From the NCBI GenBank assembly GCA_001642005.1, contig LWCA01000300.1, positions 1 through 33,050 on the forward strand: a stretch of DNA of 33,050 nt, written 5' to 3'. The translations under genes were made by a program, and so were the position numbers. This document shows positions 11,223-26,200 of the stretch, one piece after another (position 1 is the stretch's first letter; every line of letters starts with the position of its first letter). The stretch is from Intoshia linei (taxonomy: Eukaryota > Animalia > Orthonectida). The notes beneath the pieces were generated by a model. That model worked only from the letters and a program-made list of their open reading frames with translations, was not told where the DNA came from and made no database searches.

Positions 11223-14200
11223 ATGAAAAATTCACCCAACTTACCCAATCAAAACAAAAAATCTAAATTTTCTACTGCTCTTGGTTTAGTGGAATTGGCA
11301 GTGAGAAAATCTAGTTTGGCGAGACAATCTGTTCTACGTTAGTATCTTACTTTATTATTACAATATGAATAGATACCAAAAGTGTTGTATTGATAAACAT
11401 CGAAAATAGTGGATTTGCGATAAATGACATTAAAATATGCGAGGGACAAGTATTCTTAAAATTTTAATATGGTAATAAATTGCGTAGATTGTGACGTTTC
11501 AAACTAATTACAAAAATTACTCTGAACCTATTAAAATTCTTCAAGTAAGAAACATTTATAAAATTATACATTTGAAGGTGGTTCATGATGGTATTAATTA
11601 CAGACCAGTTCCAGGAGGTTATCAAGTTACTCTTACTCCAAATCAAAACAAATATTCTATTCAGTTTAACATGAGCAACGAGTACAAATTTGCTCAGTAT
11701 GATTTTTTTGATCGTTTAAAATAAGCAATATAGATTTGGAGTAGAATGCGAGGCGTGTACAATACATGTGGCGCCGAGAAAATACATTCTGTCAGAGTTG
11801 CTTGATGGTGGATTTAAGACAAAAAATATTGTTTCCGATATAGGAAACACTGTCATTTGGGAATGGCAGAACTGTTTTCACGAACAGTTAATGTTTGAAG
11901 TACAATTTGATTATACCATTGGAACGTATGTTAAAGTAGAAAATTCAGAACAAGGGTAACGTGCCCTATTTTTTAAATTTTTCATAATTTTAGGAAAAAA
12001 GCAAAAAATGGAAAATTTATTCGACAATTCAAGTAGTTAACTATTAACCAAATTTAATTATTTTAGTCATGCTGGAATCTTTTATTTTGTTTCATACATT
12101 AGCAACACAATTAACCATGTATGTTCGGTTAACATTAGACCACGATATAGGTGTTTTTATAAAAATATTTGGTTTGAAATAAAATTAATGTATACAGTTT
12201 TACAATATTCATTAATGTTACCTAATATTATACACCAGTTTTTAATATCCATACAATGTATAAGTCTGTGTTTTTACATTTATTTTATTATTTATTAAAA
12301 AAATCTTACAAATTCTGATTGTCACAAACATACAATTTGCAGAATTTAAAATTCTTTCAATTCTTTATTTTATATTACTAAACGGGCACTCTCAATAATT
12401 TATAAATAACAATAATCATGAAGTAACATTTTTTTCAAAAATTTGGTAAAAAATTATTTTTCATGCATCTACTAAAAATATTTAAAAAAAGAATATATGA
12501 AAACGTCGAAAAATTTTTAACGAAGTTAAATTTATGATAAATGTACTTAAGGTTAGTCTCTAAAATTGGTTTCTTTACAATCAATATCATTTTTGGTAGT
12601 AATATCTAAAAAAATATATCATGTGTAATAATTATAATTAGTCAAAATCCATTTATTTTCAAAATTTCAGAGAACACCTAATTACAGTAGTGGATGGATC
12701 ATTCAATAAATCAGCTATTACTATTGAAACTGGTGATAGAGTTTGGTGGAAATGGGATGGCTTAATGGTAACTTTTGCATAAACATTTTGCCAAAATAAT
12801 AATTTAGAATCAAAATAAACACAACATATATGAGATAAATTTGCCATGTTTAAATCACCCTACAGATGCTTCGTTTGCGGTATATTATTAGTATATGTAT
12901 AAAATGTTGTAATAATATACCCATCGATTTGTGCTATGTATAAAATCTGAAAAATTAGAATTGATTTTTGAATTATTTTGTTTTCATAAAAACGGTGTTT
13001 TCATTTTTATCATCATTTATAAGCATAAATGTAAGACGCTATATACATTGGGTTGGTACATATACAATGTATATTATACATATTTAAAGATATTTTAATA
13101 ACTGACCAATTTTTGAAATATATTTTTTTATTTTATCTTTAAAAAGATGAAAATGGATGGATTTCACTGGATTAATCCGAGGTATATTATAATATATAAC
13201 TGATATACAATTTGTCGACCAAAAAGTGGAATTATTTGATTATTATTATACCATTTTAGCATTGCAGGATTGGTTTCACAGACATTTAACCATTCTGGAG
13301 TTTATTATTTTTCAGACTATAACGATGAATGTGCAGCTGATTACATAGGGACAATTATTGTTAAAAATTCATGTAGCAATTATTATTTTAATGTCAATAA
13401 TGATGGATTTGAAGATAGTATATAATTTAATATATTAAATTGTAATATTTTTAGTGAATGTCATTATTAAAAATAACGATTCAATTTGGTTTCAATGGGG
13501 CCATTGCACTAAACGCGATATAAACATTAAAAAAATAGATACTTGCGTTTATGAAGATAGTATGAATGATGAAAATAAAATTATAACTGATCAGAAGGAA
13601 ATTCGTAATATATTTTTTTTATATTTTATGATCGAAATTACCTACTTATTTAGAGGAATACAAAATTTCAAATTTACAGTTTGATTGTAAATATAATATG
13701 ATAAATTTTACAAATGTTGGATTGGTAAATTTATCTATTGATAACCATGAACAAACCAAAAGCAATGTATCTGTTATAGTTAAAGAATGTAGTAGAGTAA
13801 TTTTTTATAAAAACGTACCGTTTTAGGCATGGAGAAGGGTAGGGTTATTAAATATTCTTAGAGCTATGGGATGTGCATTTGATTTGAGTTATAAAAATAT
13901 AATGGGAAGTATTCACCCTCAAAGTATATCGAAGTTGGCATTGTTTTTATTAATTAAAATATTTAAGAAGGTCGAATACAAAATTAACTCTGCTAATTCA
14001 GCATCTTAACGATATGGTTTAGCCGACTATTTATTTTTTCCAGTGTTGAACACAATTTTTTTAATCATTTCTGGATGCTGAATTTCATAGGGTCTATATC
14101 AGGGGTTATCAACCTTTTTTTAGAATCGCCTTTTCAATAATTTATCAACAAGTTGTTAATAAACAATAATTCTGTTAACACAATTATAATATTTTTGTAT

Positions 14201-17200
14201 GTTATTTTAAAGAGTATTAAAATAATTTATAATTTAATATATTTTTTATAATTAACAATATAAATAATGTCATTTTAATTATACCCTTAAATACAGATTA
14301 ATTAACAAATTAACTATGAGAACATTGTATTAATGTTAAAATTTTGACAAATTTATAATTTATTATAATTTAACTCTTTTTAGAAACTGTTTGTTATTTT
14401 AATTATAAAAAAAATGTTAGATTATGTATTTTCTGAAATAAAATAGAAAAATCGCCTTCTAGATTAGAAATTTTCCAACCGTTCAGAATCCCTGGTCTAT
14501 ATTATAGTCTATTATTTGATTGTACATTAAAAAAATTTAAATTTCATAATTTTAATTGTAGGAACATAAAATAGTATTAAATGATTACGGAATTAGCCCT
14601 CAAGTTTTATCCGTATATGAAGGTGATAGAATTTTGTGGGAATGGCTTAACTATGGAAAATCACATAATATTGTTCAGGTTAATTTCATTGATATTTTTA
14701 TTAATTCATACATGACTTTTTTTCAATTATATTGTATAATCATGTTATATTTTAAATATATAATTTACATTTTAAAGGTAAATCATTGCGGAGAAAGAAT
14801 TGTAGACGGTTTTTGCAGTGGATCACCTATAGAACCACCATCTGCATTTAGTTGTTTGATGGAAGATACAGGAGTTATTTATTATAGAGAGTATAAACAT
14901 TTATATTTTGATAAAAAAATTATTAGTGATCGAAATCCAAAAATAATCGGTGCTATTGTAGTTAATAAATTTCCAAAGGTATTTTTTCATTCGATTCGAC
15001 AAATTTTAACGGTGAATTAAATTATTTATATTTGTAAACGTTATACAATAGGGTCAAACCCGATTTCGTCGATACACTTAAAATAATTTTAGAAGACCCT
15101 ACACTTTACATTACAAATAAATTGTATCATAAAATAATATTAGGTAAATGTGGTAAATGTTAAAGACAATAAACCGGAAACAAATCCAATTTTAATAAAT
15201 ATGGGAGATATGGTAGTTTGGAATTTTTTTGAATACAAAATGTACGATTTGAAAAAATTTCACTCCGATTTACCGCTGACAAAATTACCGACAAAAAGGT
15301 TATATTTATGTTTCTATGTAATTATTTCTAGGTCTTGTATTGGAAAGATTTTTAACCAGGAAGGAACACACAATTTTGAAATTATTGATGAATGCAATAT
15401 TTCGGTTTAATTTAATTTATTTTTATAGGATTTAATTTATAGAACAATAAGACGGTTGAAGATCCGACTGACCACATATCTTCAGTTTTGGTTGGGCGCA
15501 ATGATTGTCATACTTTAATTAGAATCGTATCAAAAAAGTTTATTCCTTCTCACGTTACAATACTAAAGGTTTCTCTATTGCTCATCAATTTTATAACATT
15601 CTTAAATAGAAACATTGTGTTCGATGGATATGGTCAGGGTCTAATGACTACCACAATATTATTCATGATTCATTTATCGAAAGAGTAAATGGAGATATGA
15701 AAACGTGTCCAAAATTTACTAGTGGGTCATCATCTTTAAATGGGAATTTTATTCATACATTTACTGATACAGATGTTTATAAGATTATTTCGAGTGGAGC
15801 TCCTAATAGTGTTTGTATTGTGAATGTAATCAAAAAACGTAATCATGTTAATGATTTATTTCTAATTTGTCACATTTTAGCTGAATATGCGTCACCTCCC
15901 CAATTTCTCAGTGAATTAACGGGAGGGAGAATAGTCAAAGGCACAGAAGTATATCTAGGATCTAAAGATCAAGAAGCAAACATTTACTATACAATTGACG
16001 GATCAATTCCTCGATCTAGTGATTCGAATGTAATACTACTTTTTAAAAGTCTAATGTGTTTAGTTATATAATAAAAAGAATGGAATAATATTGAAAACTA
16101 TTGGTATTATTTTTATTAGAGCATGTTCATACGAAATTGGAAAACTACCCAGTGAAATTACAACATCAAAGTAATCAATCAATATCATTGATTTATTTGT
16201 ATTTTAGTGGATTTATCGTAATGAATAAGAATGAAATGAATCTATCCCGTGATATATCAGAGGTTTGTATATTATTTGTACTTTAACGACTTCAATGTAG
16301 CTCTCTTTAATCGACTTGTGGCGATCTTATGAACCAATCATAGTTTGTAATTTTGTTCCACCGAACAATGTCGAATTGTTAATAAAAGAACCTTCTGAAC
16401 ATATTATTAAATTGCTTCGAGGATATACGGTAAATTTGTCATTGATTGGAATATAATTAAAGTAGGTTATTATCAATGACATTAATTACGGTGGTTTACA
16501 TTCATATTCGGAGAGAAATTTGCTTTTAAATGGATTTACTGCTACGCGAAATTACAAAATTTATATTGAATGTTTTTCTACACAAAAAAATTTCAGAAGT
16601 TATAATTCAAACATCCAGGTACGTTTTGCGATGTGGTTCATTAAATTTTAATAGTATTTAAAAATGCCGTCGAAATTTAACAACGGAAAACCAATAGCCT
16701 CTATTGGCTTAGAAGCTGAAACTGATGCAACGTTGGTTATGTGGGGAAATTTAAAAGATTCGTCCATTTCCGGCTACAAAGTGTTTGTCAACGACTATTG
16801 TTGTGGTCAAATGGTTTTTATAACAATTTACAATATTGTAATTAATATTAGATTCAATGCGACGACGACAAAGTATATGGAATGGTTATTGATGAATTGG
16901 ACGATGGTTCATACACAGTTAAAGTTTGTGCCGTAAAAACTGGTTCAGATATTTATCCTATATAAAAATCTAATTTATATTCTAGTAACTGGAGAATATA
17001 TCAGTTCTAATGAAATTGATATAACTGTACCATTAATGAAAAAGAACATACATCTTCCCGTAAACTCTGGAAAATATTCATATGATATTGACTATATTAC
17101 CGCTATTAAAAAACAACTTATGTTACAAGATAAAGGCATATATAACAAATATAAAAATAAACATTAAAATATTTTCTAGTGATTCGTAATGTTTTGCCTG

Positions 17201-20200
17201 TATCACAAACTGAAAAATATATCCATGACACATCGGCTCCCAAAATACAGATGGTAGATGAATCAATGGATATTCCCCCATTAGTAATTATTTTATTTAA
17301 AATGGCGGCACCAATTTTTTACGGTTTGAATTAGAAATTTTGATTACAGGCAAAATATTATAACAATTGAAATTTGTTTGGTACCGCCACATAAATGTAA
17401 ACAATATCTAACTTTAAATATAATAGTACAGCATAATAATGGAATAATAATATAATAATAATAATTTATATGAATGGAATAACCACGACTTGACTAAAGC
17501 TTTTTTATTTTTATTTTCATCACCAGACATCACATTTAATGAGCCATTATCTGCGCCATTTTATGTTTACCAGCTAATACTGGTGTTTCAATTTGACCAA
17601 CTTTTTTACAATTTACTTTTATATTACTTTTACTATGTATTGCCGATAATATATTTTTTAAGCGTATCTTAAATATTCTTAAAATATGTTATAAAACAGA
17701 TATAATACGCAATTTAAACACTTTTACTTCGTAGAATATCACCACCATTTTTTCACTGTTTCCTCTAATATCAGATATTATAAATTTTCTTGAATAGATT
17801 AAAATTTCAGCAGTAAGGAATCACTGACGTGATGTGAAAAAGTTTTTCGCTTAGTCGAATTGATAAATATATTGGGTTGTGCATAATCACCTTAAAATGA
17901 AAAACCGATTAAAAACACAATTCATCCAATGTATGGGGAGATAACTATGATTTTCTTTTTAAAGTAAAAACTCAGCGCCTCATAATTTATGTTGCCTTTA
18001 TTATCACATATCAAACAGTTTAAAAATTTAAACCATTGTACGTTTATGCCAAACCTTGACCATATTCAATTAATGAATAATAAATAAAATAGATTTTTTA
18101 GTAATAAGAAGATGTTAATTTGTAGATAAATTATTGAATCATTACTTGAAAGGGTCAGAGTAACTTTACTATCAATTTCATAAACTCCCATTTTCGACTG
18201 GAAATAATTTCAACTATATATATGTCGTATAGAATATGTACAACTGTGAAATGTACACATTCCACGGGCAAGTCGTAGAATGTACACATTTCATGGATAA
18301 GTAGTAGAATGTACACATCTCATGGATAAGTCGTACAATATACAATACAGATTAACGTAACAAGGCAGGATATATTATTAAGATTAAAAATAATTAATTC
18401 AATTTATTAAATATAAAATTTATAACTGCAAACACGATATTTGACACAGAAATCATTGATAACTAATCAATTATTTTTTTTCTAAAAATCTTAAAAACTC
18501 CTCTTGAAAGTTTTGTTCAAAAAAATTGTAATTAAATGGTTTTATATTAATTAAATGAAAGTTTTACAAATACAAATCAATTTAAAAATAAACATGAGCT
18601 TGTTAATTTAACTGAATTGGTAAATTCGTTGTTAGCAAAGCATCAATTATGTATCTAACTCTGAATTGGCGTCTAAGACACATTCTTAGTCAAATACATT
18701 CTACGACTTGCCCGTGGAATGTGTACATTTCACAGTTGTACACATTCTATGCAACATAGGTAGCCGTCAAAGATTTAGAAATATAATTATTAAATTCTAC
18801 ATAAATTATATATATAAGGATTATAAACTTCAAGTTGAATAAATCCGAACAATAGTTGTGTAATGTCTTGTTCGGTATCGATTATTAATTTTAATTATTT
18901 TATTTACAACAATTATTCAGAATTAGTACCTTAAAAATGTAGTAATATAAAAAATAGAAATATTTTTGAAATTACCGGTAAAATTATAAAAGGTTATTAC
19001 ACTTATAAAATGTACCGATATTGAAAAACTAGTTATATATTAAATCTACTCTTTTTGAGAAACTCTACTATTTATGTTTCAAGAAAAGATTATTAAAATA
19101 CATATAATTTAAAAAGTATATTATTATTTGAAATGTAGATGGAAATGAACGTTTTAACAACTTATAAATTAAACAATGACAGAACAGAGATACATATAAA
19201 TTGGACAGTTATTCCCAAAAGTGAATCCGGGAACGTTGCGTATTCTGTTGTAAGCGTAATAGGAACCACATTTAGCAATAAAATTAATAGTGATTCAAAG
19301 TAAACATAATAATGAAATTATATATTAATTATTAGAGAAAGATATGATAATAATAATTTTTTGCATAAATGGAAAACAGATTCGTTTGATATAGTAATAA
19401 ATGGGTTATGTTTCGACGAATCTTATAAATATTTTGTGACTATATTTATCAATTCTAATTTCAATGAAAAAAAAGATAAAAGTGTCACATCTAAGACTAT
19501 ACCCTTTAAAACTCACGACTTAAAAATATTGAACTCAGTATTAACCATTCGTATTATCAGTATTGGTATCAAAACAGTAGTTATCGATTGGTCTGATCAA
19601 TTACAGACTTCCGATGTAAAACTACAAAAAATTCTTAGTACGGGCAACATTCAGCTGAAATTAAATGACAAGGTTGTGGATAGTTGTTTAAACGATAACT
19701 ACAATGAGGTTAATCTCGTAGAAGGTACAATTAATACCGAATTTTCTTTAAATATTTAGGCCAATTTAATAATGTGCAAATCAGCGTACAAAACGAACAG
19801 GAAATTGTAGAATCTAATGTTTTGCGTATTTACTGCCCTAATCAACCTCAGAAACCAAATCTATTATTGGATTCAAAAAATCGAAATTGTAGGGCAGTTA
19901 GCTGGACGAAATCAAATTGCAACTATGAAAATAATAATCTCATTAGAATTTTAAAATACAGGTAATTTATTATTTTCAATTTTTTGGGGAATAATTAGAT
20001 TATAATATTAAAGTTTTAAAATGAATATAATTAACATTTAGTATATATTTAAACAATCAACTGAAATCTGAAATTGAACCTAACAAGATCAACGATGAAA
20101 CGGGTTATCAGTACAATATTTATGATGATGGACAGTACGAATGCAAACTTATTGTAATTATAATGTAAATTAAATTATAAAATTATCCCTAGTGCATCAA

Positions 20201-23200
20201 TGGAAAAAATCTTGCTATCGATAAAATCAAACATGATCACCCCGACGCGTATAATGAAAAAGTGAATGATTACTGTTGTTTAAACCAAAGTTCAAACACA
20301 GTACACGTGGAAAATAAATTTTTTGAGGTTTCCAAAATAGATCAGAAAAGTGATATTGCAAATATTTCTATAGATCATGTCAGTAAAAATGGCATTAAAA
20401 TTTCATGGACCACTCCCATGTTAAAAAATAACTTTAAAGGATATCAAGTCATGGTAAATAATTCATTTTATGGTTCTATTATTCCAAATGATGAAACATC
20501 AATAACGGTCAAGAATGTTCCAATAGGTTCCACATTTTTATTTAAAGTGTTAGTTTTAATGGACACCATTTCTGAAGATACCCACCAAAAAAATGTAATT
20601 TTCTGTGAAAATCAATATTGGAAGTACATATCTGCCGTGAATGTTAGTTTACAATATATTGGTTTATTGTATCCTATAAAGGACGTGACACCATCGTTCT
20701 TATCCAGTACAACCGTTTACATAACATGGAACATTCACACAAACGTTGAAAACCCACAGCATTACGTTGCCCCATCTATTTATAAGGTTATACTGAAAAA
20801 AATTGGTGTTTCCAATAATATTGAACATTCTGACGAAATAGAAGAGCCGAAATGCTATACCGTGAATGAAAATTGGGTGTATATAAATGACTTGGATAGT
20901 GAAACAATATATGAAGTCACTATATCCCCCATCACTTCACAGGAATGGACGTATTTTATGAAAGATACCGATCAAAGTAGAATGGATCAATATAAAAACC
21001 AAAAAGTTGAATTGTGTGGAGATTATAGTACATTAAAAGTTGCATTAAAAACGGAACCACAACCTCCCAAAGACATTAAAATACATGGGTCATCTGTCGA
21101 TAGTGTAAAGGTATGTTGGAACAGTCCAGTCGATACCTCAAACTTAATTGGACTGAGAGTTGATGCCAGAACACTCCATTCAAATAATGAACATTTTAGT
21201 TTAATGGTAGGTCCAACCGAACAAGAAGTAGAATTGAAAAACCTGATTCCTGAAACCCAGTATGAAATAAGAGTCACTGGTATATTCATAGACTATTTTT
21301 TAACAACAAGAAAAATTTTATCTTCTCATATTATCAATGAATTTAGTAACGGATCCAAAAATATTCATAAAATTTCATCTGAAGCAATGGATAATGCTTT
21401 TTTTGTAGACGAGTATTTACCGCATTCAAAATTTCTACCCTACGAGCAAACCTTTTGGACAACGTATGAATCAGGTGCTCCTAATAATTTAAAAATAGTG
21501 AAAACTGAGGATCATACTATCAAAATTGAGTGGAATAAAATAGAAGCCATTTATGCTTACAAAATTTCATCTTTAACGGTTCATTGGTCAAAATTTACCT
21601 GTTCCGAATTTCAAGGTAGTGCTAGGTCAAGCTACCCTACGAATAGCGGTGAAAATTTTTCAGTCGATTCTTTAACTAGCTCAAAAAGTAAAATTTCAGA
21701 AATGACGGATTTCGACGAATTTTCAAATAAAGCGTTCGAATATGAGACCAACTTGAACGTAGATTCTAATGCTTGTGTTCTGAAAGGGCTAGAAATGGGT
21801 CAAATTTACAAGATTATGTTATCAACCACAATAAGTAAACGAACAAAACATAGGACTAATAATGTCAACACAGAAGAACATAAACCAGAAAGACATGTTT
21901 CTGACATAATTATGGCTCAAACCAGTGTGTCATGTCAAAAACCAAAAACGTGGTTATCCGCGTATTCTTCAAACTCTATTACAATTGAATGGCAAAAACC
22001 CATTATGTGTCGAATGATTTCAGATGATAATTTAAAAAGCATTTCCAATGAAAAAAAGAAATGTATAAATTTAAAACTTGTCGGGTACCGCATTGATATT
22101 AATAACAAGCCACATGCCCAACTCAACAACAGATCTCTCAAATGTATCATTACAAAATGCAAACCTAGCCAAGAATATAATATAACACTTGTTGTAATTA
22201 CCAAACTTAAAAATAATATGGTAGGTATCTGCTGAATAAAATTAAAATTAAAAATTTTAGATTGATCAGTTTCAGAATGCCATGTCAGAATGTTATGCTA
22301 GCCCAATTTTGATTAAAATTCCATCTGAGGATACATGTAATTTTTATAATCGTTATCTTATTACATTATACTTTAAGCAATTTTTCGATCTATTTCATCG
22401 GATTATCGAGTTATGTCACTTTCAAAATCACAAAAAAAGCAAAAAGAACAAAATTATGGGTATATGGACGTGAAATGGCAAATTTTTCCTCAATATAGTG
22501 CTCTTAAATACGAAATTTCCATTTCTGGAGGAATCGAAGGAAGGCTTGTGCGACCTATCACAAAATCTGTATCAGCAAATTCCAGGGTTGTCACACTACC
22601 GGTTCCCAGAATGCAGTAATTATTTTAAATAAAATATTAAAGATAATTACTACTCTAGAACTATTTTTGATATAAAAATTAAAGCTATACAAACGTCTCT
22701 ATATGAAAAACCGCCTAATATGACCTTAACGTCCCAATTAATCAAACAAATGAGTTTAGGGTCACCTGATGCACCAATATTGTTCTTGGATAGAATTATA
22801 CACGAAAATATCATTTTAAATTGGGTTGAACCCTTATTATATGGTGTTCCTGTTTCACATTATCAAGTAATTTTCAGTGTGTAGAAATATACATGTTTAG
22901 GTAACAGTTAATGGAATATGTGCGGAACTAAATATATCTCCACGAAAAACTTTATTAATGCTTCCCTATGTTGCAGACAAGTAATTTATATGTGTTGCAT
23001 TAATTTAAATTGTTTACCAAAACTTATATCATAAATCTTCCCAAATCAGGGACGTTAAATGACCCCAGGGGTTGACAAGACAATATTATATTAAATACAT
23101 ATATCACAATATTTATATTTATGTAGTGAGGTTTTGAATAATATATGTCTTAAAAGGGAGTTGAATCTTTAAAATAATTTTCTAATATTTATTAATTTTC

Positions 23201-26200
23201 AGATCGTACGATATTTCCCTAGTTGCGTTTACTGGTATAGAGGGAATCCCCGAATCTATGAAATCAAACGTTGTTAAAATTTATGGTGAAGCAGCATACG
23301 ATTTAAGAAGCAACAGTGCCATATCTACATTGAAAAATGTGAACGATGTATCTCTTAAAAAATCAGCTTTTGCTAGTCGTTCCAAAATGTCATCAATGAT
23401 TAAATCCAAAAATAATTCTCAATTTTGCGATTTGACAACAGTTAATGAAAATATGAGTCTAAAATCGATCGGGAATCCGAACTTACGTCTAAGTAAAAGT
23501 CAAAATCTTGATAGAGTAAGATTGCAATCTTTATTATCAAAAAAGACCATTATTCAATCTGACTTTGGAAATAGTTTGAGTAAATCGCGATCAACTTTAA
23601 AATATAAACTAGACAATGTACAACTCGAATTATGTGTAGAGTAAATTGATGAAATATCATATATGCAATATATACTTTTAGATCAATTACATCCGATCAT
23701 ATTAAATTGGGCTGGAAATTAAATAAAACTATAAATAATAATATAATATGTGCATATCGGTTATATATTAATGGTAAGTTGGCAGATATCATTCCGGCTA
23801 TCCAAACTAATTACAAAATCCATAATCCAAAACCACTGTCAAAATACGAAATAAAATTGGAGGTAAATTTGACTTACAATTATCGTAAATGATGTAAATT
23901 TATTAATTAAAATTAGCTACTACCTAAAAATGATATAAACAATTCAATATTTTCGAAAACTATTAGTATTAGTTTGCCAAATTCTCTAAATCCCGTTTTA
24001 TATGAAATTGCAAGTTCAAAAAATGGAACTCTAATTTTAGGATGGAACAATATTACAGAAAACTTGACAAAAAAGGAAATAAACGATTTCTCACATTTCG
24101 AGGTATTGATTAGTTTATGATAATTCATTTAATAAGATAAAATGCACCACCACTCATGGAAATTATAAAAAATTTATTTTTGGACCAATCGACGTAAAAA
24201 AGAATAGCATAGAAATTGAAAATTTGAACCTCAACGAGACATACACATGTTATTTAAGAATTTATGTAAGTTAACGTTAATTTTAATAAAATTATTATTT
24301 TAGTATAAAAATCAAGATCATCCCATTAATTCCAACAAAATACTCGTGAGACCATCCAATTTACCTTCCACTCCGGTTTTACATGTATCTGTGCGACATT
24401 TAAAGGAGAGGCTTAGCAGGAACAGACTTGCTGCTAATTTGATCAATGAACGAGACCTGTAAATATTATTCTTCACATTTAATTAAATTAAGATTAATGA
24501 CATTATTGGATCAAAATTCGTGTGATGCTAATTCAACTACGGAAAGACTGAGATTAGTCGAATTTACATTATACAATTGCCTTTATTCAATTTTGAAATA
24601 CTCTGGTTTTACAATAGTTATTTTATATTTATGTTTAGGTAAATTTTGGGTTGAGTTAAGTTGGTATGCTCCAAATATATCCAAAAAGTATAAAATATTG
24701 GGTTTCAAAATCCTGAAAAATGGTGCTAAAATTAATACCAATCTGTTACTTCCAAATAAAACAATGGCTATCGTAGGAGTAATTTAATTCAATTTTAAAT
24801 TTATCAATATTAATATTAGATTGATACTGAGAAGCCTATAGAGTTGCTCAACGTTGTAGCAAAATACATATCAACTGAAAATAACGAAGAAGTCGCCATT
24901 TTATCTAATGATGTTACAATTGTAACTAGTCACTTTAAGCCATTTATCTATTACAACCATTTTAAGTACTCCAAAATTAAGATTTGTATATTTGATAACA
25001 TAATTTTAGTCAAAATGGTTACAAAAGTTACTTAAATTTACTGCATCAAGAGAAATCCAATGCAATAAAAGATAAATCGAACCCTGGAATTATTAAATTT
25101 GAATATAATGCAAAATTACCCAACATCAATAACCAAACTATTTATGATTTTAATAATGGGGTGAATTTATGTTTAGAAAAAATTTTGACCAATAAAGTCA
25201 CAATTATTTTATTTTGGTCTGCCAAGTAATGCAATAATTTTATTATATAAAGTTTGTTAGTAATATATACTCACACGAATGTGTAAAATGGCTATCGAAA
25301 TGTTCGGCTGCATGTCAGAATCACAATTACATATGTATCTGTACTCCATCAAATAAAATCAAAAATGTATCTAATGCTCAGTCCTTTTTATCATCTCTCC
25401 ATGTCGTTGAGCCTATCTACACAACATTTTGTTTTGACAGTAAGTTCACTATGTAATACCTAATTTTTTTTAGAAAATAGGGCTCTATCTAAAAGTTTTG
25501 ATATTGCAGGTGTGCCAACGATACTAGTTTACAGTGAAAATAGTATGTATTTGCATTATATTATTATTTATGATTTGAAATACAGACAGATTAGTAACAA
25601 TGAAAAGTAAAAAATTATTCTCTGCCGTGTTTGACTAAACCTATATTAAATGTATTATGCAAAACTTTGTGAATAATCCATTTTTAGTTTCCAAAAAAGG
25701 AAAGAATAATTTTTAATATCAACAAGGAAAAAAAATATTTTTACAAATGTGTGCAAATTTTTACCAAATTTAAATGAAATAATCCAATAGTCTACTTTTA
25801 CGGTTTGATTAAATGAGATTCGATTTATTTTTTTCTTAGGGTCTGATTAAATTGGTTAAAATAAAACTATTTTGGCTTAAATTTTTCAATTATAATGAAT
25901 GAAAATATTTCTTTTATCCCCAAAAATGACTTGTAAAAATGTTTACTTTGTCTAAGAAAAAATTTAAAATGATATGATCCACAGATTGTGCTATGCTAAA
26001 TTTATTTAGAAATAAAATGGAAATGTCGATACTACGCACATGATTATTCAACCTTTGATTCATATATCCGATTTTTAATAAATAACGACACTATTACAGA
26101 AGAAAACCCATGGAAGATGAATAATGAAAATATAAAAATTAAAGGTAATGAAAAATGTACTTTATCATAAATTTTTAGAATGTAACCAAATACTTATTGA

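Noticed and set aside
13860-14090. Degenerate repeat related to 1861-1965 (tcaaatgcacat, ttcagcatc/gatgctgaa)
   Set aside because: Similarity is short and no ends could be defined, so it is not called as an element.
18242-18343. 29-bp repeats as a CRISPR array
   Set aside because: Units are directly tandem with no spacers, are mirrored in a TIR, and lie in a eukaryotic intron with no cas genes.
21023-22204. Minus-strand ORFs of 88 and 89 aa (likewise 3982-4191, 7334-7555, 10458-10652, 23913-24128)
   Set aside because: Antisense shadows of genuine plus-strand exons.
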